A program made the position numbers and the translations under genes. From Paramicrosporidium saccamoebae KSL3 (taxonomy: Eukaryota > Fungi > Cryptomycota), in contig MTSL01000010.1 of NCBI GenBank assembly GCA_002794465.1, forward strand, positions 33,336 through 65,335: DNA of 32,000 bases. Reading direction: 5' to 3'. The notes under the pieces were generated by a model. That model had not been told where the DNA came from, did not search any database, and worked only from the letters and a program-made list of their open reading frames with translations. Positions 10,078 to 18,044 of this stretch are shown here, piece after piece (positions within the stretch are counted from its first letter, which is position 1; each line of letters opens with the position of its first letter).

Positions 10078-12477
10078 CTAAAGACTGCCAAGAAGGATTG
10101 AAGGAAGATTGCCCCGTTTCGCAATAATCCGCTTAGAGACGGAAGAGTAGGCATTTCCTAGAAAGATTGTCGCCCGGCTACATACTTCGGCTTCCACAAT
10201 CTCGGCAATCTGCATCCGAATTTCGGATGGGACGTCTCTCAGACCATCGACCTGTGCGTCCAAAATGTCCCTTCGGGATGCCAGGCGCACTGGAAATGGA
10301 TTAGATGAGTGTGGTACGTCAGAAATGACATATAGGGTGGCCGGACTAATGTTTTCTGACCGATGGATTGCATGCAAGATAGTCTCCTCCAATGATGCGC
10401 GACAGTTCATCTGCAGAATGGAGGCCTGTTCATCAGTCAAACTGTGAATTTTGTCGAGATCAGCGCCGCAGACAGTGGGATCGTCACCGCGCGAATACTC
10501 CACACATGCCAAAGGCTGATCAAACTGTTCCACCATGGCCTGGATCCACACCCTAATGGGTTTGGACACTTTTAGCTTGGCGGTCCATTGGCGATAGGCG
10601 GAATCTCGCTCCGGATCGGCAAAGGATGTAAAGCTGCCAAAAAGATGTCGGAATGCAAGCACTTGGTCTTGACATCCGCCAAATTGCTGTCGAATCTCCT
10701 GTTCCTTGGTGGGAAAGACATGTAGAATGGCCTGGCCAGCCGGTACAAAACCTGCGTCAATTAGCACATTGTCGCGCATCTTCATCATGTTCCTATCTCG
10801 AATGGTCCAAGGAACAAACTGAGCCACACGATCAATCCAGCCATCGTGTCGCGCAATAAAGTCATCAACTGGGAGCATTTTGACAAACGAATGCTTGTCG
10901 AAATCGGCAATCTGCTCCAGTGCAACTCTTATAGTGTGGTCACTGGGAGCCACAAGGGGAGGAAGGACCAGCGTGCGGTTAAGGATTGCTGCATATGCAG
11001 CAGCGTTCTGTAGAGCATTTAGTTGGTGACCCAGGGAGAGTTGCGGCTCATATATTAAAAACCTTTCCGTTTCCTCCTGGCCATGGACTGGGAATGTGAT
11101 TGTATCCAGAACACAGGTAGGATTGACGCGGTATTTGCTGTGATCCCAGCCATGCTTCTCCATCACCTCCACGGTGAACAGCCCCAACTGCGTAAGGGCA
11201 TGAACATTCTGCACCCTTTCGTGGTGGAATGACACTATTGGAAGTTGTGACAGCGGCTTCATCTCTGCAATCATTCGGTCCACTTGTTGTGCATCCTTTT
11301 CCAACGCCAGCGGAACGGTAAAATAGTTCAACTTGATGGTTCCCAGTTCATCCACTAAGTGCTCCTCGGGCCTGCCCTTTGTGTGTTCTCCAGGCTCGCG
11401 ATGATGGGTACTGAAGCTAATTTGTCGTTCCAGCGCCGGATATAACATGTACAATCCCCGCATATACATAAACTCTATGAGAAACTTTTTCCAGGAGCGA
11501 CGCCAGTAGCGAACGGCCGAGTCTGGGATGGATTGTTTCAAATCCGATCCATCCTTGTCGCGTCTCCATCGATAGAATTGCAGAAATTGTCGCCAGAACC
11601 ACGGGATCAGCAGAGCACCCCAACTGGAGGGCAGTTGGAAGAGAAACTGGCTCTCCTCCATACCAATCTCCTGCGATGGTATCCAATCCACGGGCTTCAT
11701 GGCAATCTCATTATAGCGCGGAGTGACCAGGGAGATTCCAAAGAACCGCTCGGTTAAAACGGTTTGGTTTGCCAGCTGTCCACCTGGGAGAATGTACTTT
11801 TCCAACGCGATCACTGAATACTCAAAGAAACGTGGGGCCACTTCAATGTCATCTTCGAAGAAAAAGGCAAATTCATCATCCGATCTGGCCTCCCAGCTCT
11901 CCATGATAGTCTACAAATCAGCAAGAGAGGATTCGTATACTCTTTCCAGCCCGATCCGCGTCGCGTGCTTATTTACTCGGATTGTTCCGTGCTGCCAATC
12001 GACCTGGGAGACGTACTCCAGGACCCTTTCACTAGCCTCTCCATCCAAGTGGAATTCCAAATTAACCTTGAATCCAAAATAGGCAGACTTTTGGAGAGAA
12101 TTGACCAGTCTCTTTAACGAAGCACGTCGACGCCATGCAAACACAACAACTCGAAACGAATATCTTTCCTTCAATGCCATTGCCCGCTCAAGGGCTCGTT
12201 GAGCCAATGTCCTGTGATCAGCACGGAATACGGGCGTTGCTGTAAACTTGTGAGACACATGTTCTATCTTTTCCTTCCACAATTCGTTTCGTGTCACCAT
12301 AGGTGCTGCCATACGGGCCGTCGTAGATTTCATCACGGGTTTTGATGACATTGCATACTGGCATCGACTCCGAAATAGGCCCAAGACGGCCAGTGTCCCC
12401 AGTATCAGTGTCAAAAGTTTCCATACCTTTCGCTGGAGTAGAAATCGGGCCGACTGAAGCAGGTGCATCACAGCCAT
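10078..12477 (-). CDS. Type II membrane bifunctional glycosyltransferase, paralog A (GT-A + O-fucosyltransferase-like GT-B); exons 12477-11941, 11910-10078; about 789 aa
   Basis: TM LLTLILGTLAVLGLF. Motifs FRVVVFAWRRRASLKRL, DDEFAFFFEDDIEVAP, FQLPSSWG, SWKKFLIEFMYMRG, NALQNAAAYAAILNRTLVLPPL, VEYSRGD, LYVISD and EVCSRATIFLGNAYSSVSKRI. A 30-nt intron at 11911-11940 sits at the same position as in paralog B. Confidence 0.85.
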
Positions 12478-12538
12478 CCCTCATATCACCAAATCCAGCA
12501 ATATCAAATCCTCACGATACGATTAATTGGATTTAATA

Positions 12539-14047
12539 ATGTCGGGAGTGAACACGACCTTCTTGGGAGGTCATGCCACAAAGAGCGGACTGCCGGAGGC
12601 ACGGGATCGAACGCAAATAGATAAAATAATTCAGGAAGCCTCCAAAGGGAGCAAATTTTATGCATTCCAGCAACGACGCGAGCAGCGGATAGCAGAAAAA
12701 GTCGCTGCTCTACAAATTAAAAAGACTCAACTCTCCACTGGCTACTCCAAAGCGGAGCAGGAGACGCGTAAATGGCTTGCCGATGCAGAGAGCAGACGAA
12801 TATTGGAGCGTACATATCTTCACATTGATATGGATGCCTTCTTTGCCGCAGTGGAGGTACTGCGTCGTCCCGAATTGGCCACAGTGCCCATGGCAGTGGG
12901 TGGTGAAAGTATGTTGAGTACCTCCAACTACGTGGCCCGTACTTTTGGTGTAGTCGCAGCAATGCCTGGATACATTGCGCGGAAACTGTGTCCACATCTG
13001 ATTATTATTCCACCCGACTATACAGCCTATCGGGCAGCCGGTGCAAAAGTCCATGAGGTGCTCCGATCGTATGATCCCAACATGAGCTCCTTTTCTTTGG
13101 ACGAGGCGAGTCTGGATATCACTGATTACCTCGCCAGGTCGTCTGCTACACCCGAAGAGGTCACAGAAGAGCTGAGGGGCCGTGTTTTGCGAGCATCGAA
13201 TCTCACATGTAGCGCCGGTGTGGGCTGCAGTCGACAATTGGCAAAGATTGGCTCCAATGTGAACAAGCCCAATGGTCAATTTATCCTTCCTCCAGATCCT
13301 GAAAAAATCTTGGAATTCCTCAAGAAGCAGCCAGTCAAACGCATCAATGGTATTGGAAAGGTAACAGCCAAGATTCTCGAAGATTTGCTCAAAGTAGTGA
13401 CCTGCGCAGACATTATCTCCCAGGCGACATGGATCCGGTTGCTTTTTTCAGAAATACAGTCCGAATTCCTTCTGCTGTCGGCTCTGGGAATGGGGAGCGC
13501 GTTTGGCGATGGAGATGGATCGGAGCGCAAAAGCATGAGCGTGGAGCGGACATTTAAAAAGATTGACGCCTTGTCAGATATGCAGGTGGTGCTCAAGAAA
13601 CTGTGCAAACGGCTGGCTGAGGATCTTTTGGAGGAAGAATGGGCAGGCAAGACTGTCTCAATCAAGATGAAGACGGCTGCATTTGATACACTGACACGGG
13701 CAGTCACTCTGGAAAATCCTGTCAGCACTGATGAAGAAATATACAAACACGCCTCCAAACTGCTCTCCAAGAACAAACCGCCCGATCTCAGACTCCTTGG
13801 CGTCCGTCTATCGGGACTAACAACGGATGCCCCTCGGTATCGCTGTTTAGACGATTTTGCTCACGAACCGGTTGAGCGGCCAAGCTGTCCTGTGTGCACT
13901 CAATCAATTGACGCCCATCCCGACGATACTCTGAGGATCAATGAACACATTGACAAATGTCTCGTCCCCCAGTCCAATCTCGTTCCCCAATCCAAGAAGC
14001 CGCGTCGAACTTTGGATGCATTTTTTAATAAATCGGGGCCATTATAG
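12539..14047 (+). CDS. POLK: DNA polymerase kappa (Y-family, DinB), about 502 aa
   Basis: N-clasp KIIQEASKGSKFY; catalytic motifs HIDMDAFFAAVE, STSNYVAR and FSLDEASLDIT; KIGSNVNKPNGQ; UBZ4 finger CPVC...NEHIDKCL; C-terminal PIP box RRTLDAFF. First ATG at 12539. Confidence 0.95.
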   Translation: MSGVNTTFLGGHATKSGLPEARDRTQIDKIIQEASKGSKFYAFQQRREQRIAEKVAALQIKKTQLSTGYSKAEQETRKWLADAESRRILERTYLHIDMDAFFAAVEVLRRPELATVPMAVGGESMLSTSNYVARTFGVVAAMPGYIARKLCPHLIIIPPDYTAYRAAGAKVHEVLRSYDPNMSSFSLDEASLDITDYLARSSATPEEVTEELRGRVLRASNLTCSAGVGCSRQLAKIGSNVNKPNGQFILPPDPEKILEFLKKQPVKRINGIGKVTAKILEDLLKVVTCADIISQATWIRLLFSEIQSEFLLLSALGMGSAFGDGDGSERKSMSVERTFKKIDALSDMQVVLKKLCKRLAEDLLEEEWAGKTVSIKMKTAAFDTLTRAVTLENPVSTDEEIYKHASKLLSKNKPPDLRLLGVRLSGLTTDAPRYRCLDDFAHEPVERPSCPVCTQSIDAHPDDTLRINEHIDKCLVPQSNLVPQSKKPRRTLDAFFNKSGPL

Positions 14048-14060
14048 TCAAGAGTAAATA

Positions 14061-14130
14061 TGACATATGACGCCATATGATGTCAGATGATGCCAGATGA
14101 TGCCAGAGGGTGTCAGATGATGTAAGATGG
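14061..14130. repeat. 10-nt minisatellite (TGCCAGATGA-like, 7 copies) downstream of POLK
   Basis: Consecutive units tgacatatga, cgccatatga, tgtcagatga, tgccagatga, tgccagaggg, tgtcagatga, tgtaagatgg; AATAAA follows at 14154-14159. Confidence 0.85.
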
Positions 14131-14326
14131 TGTAGCCACTGACCAGTGATGCCAATAAAGGGTCGTTACTCAAACTTCAAAGATGGCCATTTGTTATTAT
14201 AGCTACTAATGTGCAATTTGTAGATTGGCTTGACAGTCTAAGAGTACCCTTTCAAATCCCTCCCTTCTCATCACCACTACCACCATATTCATAAAGATTG
14301 TTGATTTATTCAAGCCATGAGAATGT

Positions 14327-15130
14327 TCAAGCAAGAGTACAAAGCACTGGCAGCTTGGTTGCGCAGTCCAAAACATCAACAGTCGGATCATCGGGGATGG
14401 CCACAGTAAAGGCCAAACATCCCAATCCCTTGGCCTTGGAGCGAGGCAACAGGGACAGTCTTCCAAACCACGACTCGGTGCGACCACAATCCATCAGCAG
14501 TTTTGCGGCCTCCTTAGTGTTCTTGGGGTCAATGTGCACTGGCTTGCCTCCCACGCGCTTGCAGGTTGCGACAACCTGTTGATGAGTGGAGAGCGGAGCA
14601 GTCACCAACACCATGTTGGTTGATGGTCCACAAGTCTGGAGACGCGTGTCGGCGCGGATAAAGGCAGCTCCGCCATTGTACGGCGACTCCTTGGACCAGA
14701 TTGTCAGGTTGAACTTGCCAGGTAGGCTAAACTTTGAGCTGCTGAATATGTCGTTCTTCATGGCCACATTGGGGTTGTCGGTCCAGTCCTTGCAGCCATT
14801 TGTTGACACCAGCGGAGTTGTCAACAAGTAAGCTCCATTCTTGTACAAATCGAACGAGTCACCAGCACAGTACGCGTCAGTGATTGAAATCTGCACATAG
14901 TCGTCATAGTCAAACTTGAACGTGTAGGCCGTCTCCTCGTTGGACTGGCCAAAGAAGAATTTGAACCATCCCGAATCAAGCTCGAGATCAGTAATGATGT
15001 TCTTGGAACTCAGCTGGTTATGACCGTTCTTTGTGCTCGAAGGCAGATGGACGGCGGCCGCGGGAGACTTGCTGATGTTTGCCGAGGCGCTGGCGAGAAG
15101 GAGGAGGAGGGAGCCGAGTGCGAATTGCAT
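14327..15130 (-). CDS. Secreted protein, 267 aa: signal peptide + beta-rich domain (ITDAYCAGDSFDLY...GGAAFIRAD) + C-terminal Cys domain resembling a C-type-lectin-like fold
   Basis: Hydrophobic N-terminus MQFALGSLLLLLASASA; intronless ORF; C-terminal cysteine spacing TCKRVGG...MDCG..SWFG...GCL...DCATKLPVLC. Domain labels come from pattern recognition only. Confidence 0.75.
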   Translation of the reverse strand: MQFALGSLLLLLASASANISKSPAAAVHLPSSTKNGHNQLSSKNIITDLELDSGWFKFFFGQSNEETAYTFKFDYDDYVQISITDAYCAGDSFDLYKNGAYLLTTPLVSTNGCKDWTDNPNVAMKNDIFSSSKFSLPGKFNLTIWSKESPYNGGAAFIRADTRLQTCGPSTNMVLVTAPLSTHQQVVATCKRVGGKPVHIDPKNTKEAAKLLMDCGRTESWFGRLSLLPRSKAKGLGCLAFTVAIPDDPTVDVLDCATKLPVLCTLA

Positions 15131-15422
15131 GTTGTGTTGACCCCACAGCCCACAGGTTACATCTTTTAAGCCCGTCTTTGTTGTGGTCGTCTTGGCATTT
15201 CCTCTTTTGGGGTGGCATCAATATCGCCATTTTGGGCGGACTATCTGTCTCGAATTGGGATGGTGGATTCGCCACTTTTGGACGGTGCGCGCCCATCTCT
15301 GTTTTCAGCGCAGCCAAATCCCCAATAGTAGCTAGAGGACAGGCCAAAGGTCTCCCAAAACCCCAATAGTAGCTGGATTCTAAATAAAGTGGCAAAAAGT
15401 AACACATTTATTCTACATAATG

Positions 15423-15929
15423 CTACAAGTCGTTCATTCTCTGAGCAGCCTTCATGCTCCGTACACCGACCGGCAGTGTGCAAATATGGGTCCGATAATG
15501 CTGCAGCATGTTGTCACGTCGACTAAATGTCCGCTCGCATTCTGGATAGAGACAATTAAAGGGTTTGGCGCCAGTGTGGATCACCAAGTGACGCTGCAAA
15601 CGCGACTTGCTTGGGAACACTTTCCCACATCCGGGATTCCCACAAACATGTCGCGGCAGAGTGTTCTCCTTATCCTCTGTCGACGTTGCTGCCACGAGGG
15701 CATCCAATGAGCCATCTGTAAAGCTCCACATTGACGAATCGCCGCTATATGTTTGGCAGTACAGCTGGTTGGGCTGGGTTGGCGGCGGCATGTTCAGTGG
15801 GGGGACAATGGGCATTCGATATTTACATTTGTAATTCAGCAGTCCCGTCTCGGCCAGCGAGGGGAGTCGCACTCCCTCCTCCGGTGACTCGGAGATAGGG
15901 ACTGAAGAGGGCGGTTGGTAGGGGTCCAT
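15423..15929 (-). CDS. C2H2 zinc-finger transcription factor, two fingers, Nrg1/Mig1-like (about 168 aa from the ATG at 15929)
   Basis: CGNPGCGKVFPSKSRLQRHLVIH-TGAKPF-NCLYPECERTFSRRDNMLQHYRTH. The second finger resembles the yeast Nrg1 finger (FSRHDNCLQHYRTH, recalled). An N-terminal RLPSL motif is present. Confidence 0.85.
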   Translation of the reverse strand: MDPYQPPSSVPISESPEEGVRLPSLAETGLLNYKCKYRMPIVPPLNMPPPTQPNQLYCQTYSGDSSMWSFTDGSLDALVAATSTEDKENTLPRHVCGNPGCGKVFPSKSRLQRHLVIHTGAKPFNCLYPECERTFSRRDNMLQHYRTHICTLPVGVRSMKAAQRMNDL

Positions 15930-16030
15930 CACCGACGAACGGGCGTGGTGTCTCCAACCTGGGCTTTTCAGGTAATAAATTCGAATTTGGTAACCAATCA
16001 AAATTATTCAAACACAGCAGCCTGTCTGTC

Positions 16031-17073
16031 ATGGGGATGCGCATCATGTACTTTGGGTCCGACCGCTTTTCTAGACTCTGTTTGCAGAGAATGCTTGCTC
16101 AAAATCACGAGCTGCGCGTCAAATTGGCCATTTGTTGCCCTCCCGACGCCAAAGGTAAGCAATATTGTATTCTTGTGGGCATTTGACTAGGCGAGTTATT
16201 CCAAATGGCCCGCACCACTGGCATAAACCACCATGTGCTCCCTCCAAAGACTTTGAGAAATTGGAATGTACACTGAATGCATTAGTTCATGTGTAGGTCG
16301 AGGGCGAGTTTGACTTGGGACTGGCAGTATCAATTGGCTATTTTATTCCCAGTCGCATCATCAACTCATTTCCCTTGGGCATGCTCAATGCACATCCATC
16401 TATCCTCCCAAAATATCGTGGGGCATCGCCCCTCCAATACACCATAATGAATTGCGATACGGAGACGGGTGTTTCCATCATTGACCTGGACACGAAGGAG
16501 TTTGACGCTGGCAACATTTGGCATCAGAGGACACTCAGCATTGACCCGTGTCGGTCGTTTAGAGACTTGGAAGAACAGTTAGCATACGTCTCGGCCGAGT
16601 CTTTGTTAGAGGTCATTGCTGATTTTCCGCGGTTCAAGGCTCAGAAACAGGCCCAGGTGGGTATTGCTTCATATGCCCCAAAGATCCAAAGGTCCGACGC
16701 AAAAATCTCTTTGGATAGCATGACTCGGTTGGATATATTTGGTAGGTACCAGGCAATTTCCCATCAAGAAAAGATTTATGCGACTCTGTTGGATGGAAAA
16801 GAGGTCTCCTTTCTAAATGTCCTTGATCCTCGAGAAACAGTCGTTACTGGAATGTCGCCGACTCAATTTGCCAGTCTCGACGGATCGTGTCCTCCAGGAT
16901 CCACCTTTTTCGAACGCCCTACCAAAATAGTCTGGATCAAGTGTCTTGATGGCTGGCTCCCTGTCACGTCATTTCGTCTTCCCAACAAATCTGCTCCCTT
17001 CCTCGCCCCTGCCTTTCATCAAGCCGTCAGACTTGTCAACTTTCAGCCCAATTTCCAAGTGGCCGGCCCCTGA
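16031..17073 (+). CDS. FMT1: Methionyl-tRNA formyltransferase (mitochondrial type); exons 16031-16154, 16191-16267, 16297-17073
   Basis: MRIMYFGS start; DLGLAVSIGYFIP; LNAHPSILPKYRGASPLQYTIMNCDTETGVSII; FDAGNI; YAPKI. Introns 16155-16190 (36 nt) and 16268-16296 (29 nt) keep the frame. Confidence 0.9.
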
Positions 17074-17082
17074 TTGGACAGC

Positions 17083-17811
17083 ATGGGCGCAAGCAGTAGC
17101 AAGGACAAGCAAAAGATTACTCCGAGGGATAGAGCAATTCTGGATCTCAAGGTGCAACGGGACAGACTCAAGCAGTACCAAAAGAAGGTGGTGGTCATTC
17201 TGGGTCGGGAGACTGAAATTGCCAAGGCACACTTGGCCGCTGGAAATAAGCCGCTTGCGCTGCTGGCCTTGAAGAAGAAAAAGTATCAAGAAGGTTTACT
17301 AGAGTCTACCTCTGCTCAGCTTCTCAATTTGGAGCAACTGGTATTACTGCGCACAGGATTTTCAGTTTGTAGACATCGGGCATAGAGTTTGCGCAGGTTG
17401 AACAGCAGGTGCTCCATGGCCTGCGACAAGGAAATAGCGTCCTTACTGAGCTGCAAAAGGAAATGTCGCTTGATGAGGTGGAAAAGCTCATGTCAGACAC
17501 TGCCGAAGCCGTTGCCTACCAAAACGTACCGTATGTTCATTATTGACTGTGTAGGAAATATCGGCAATGCTATCTGGGAAATTAACAGAAGAAGATGAGG
17601 AAGATTTGGAAGCTGAGCTGGCTCAATTGCAAGCTGAATTGGTATAGCTCATTAGATGGTTGGTAATGTGTCATAGATGCCCGAGATTCAAGCTGAAATG
17701 CCATCAGTACCCACAACGGAGCCTACTCCATTAAAGCATGAGTCTGAGCATGAGGAGGAGGAGGAGGAGCGAGTTGAAGAGAACAAAAGAGCAGCCCCAT
17801 TACTGGCCTAA
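17083..17811 (+). CDS. VPS20: ESCRT-III subunit Vps20/CHMP6 (Snf7 family); exons 17083-17340, 17373-17525, 17555-17641, 17677-17811
   Basis: MGASSSK myristoylation start; DRAILDLKVQRDRLKQYQKK; ALLALKKKKYQE; IEFAQVEQQV; MSLDEVEKLMSDTAEAVAYQ; acidic C-terminus. Introns of 32, 29 and 35 nt give one frame ending in TAA at 17809-17811. Confidence 0.92.
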
Positions 17812-17849
17812 GAAACTTGTTAGATAGCATCCGCTTATTATTGGTATTC

Positions 17850-17890
17850 CTACCAACTACCAACTACCAACTACCAGCTATCAGCTACCG
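17850..17890. repeat. 7-nt microsatellite (CTACCAA)n, about 6 decaying copies
   Basis: ctaccaa ctaccaa ctaccaa ctaccag ctatcag ctaccg, downstream of the VPS20 stop. Confidence 0.85.
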
Positions 17891-18044
17891 CACAATCCAC
17901 TCCATTCTAGTCGTGTTGGTAATGGTGGCCTATAAAAGTGCCAACTACTTTAGTAAATGCTCTCTCTCGCTATTCAACAGGCTCTTTGTTAGATTTGCAT
18001 CTTGTTCGCTAGGATTACTCGAATAAAAATTAATTCCGGGTTAA

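Noticed and set aside
4125-14047. RAD52 and POLK flanking the glycosyltransferase array as a functional DNA-repair or defence cluster
   Set aside because: Eukaryotic gene neighbourhood rarely implies shared function. No shared regulatory motif or domain link is visible.
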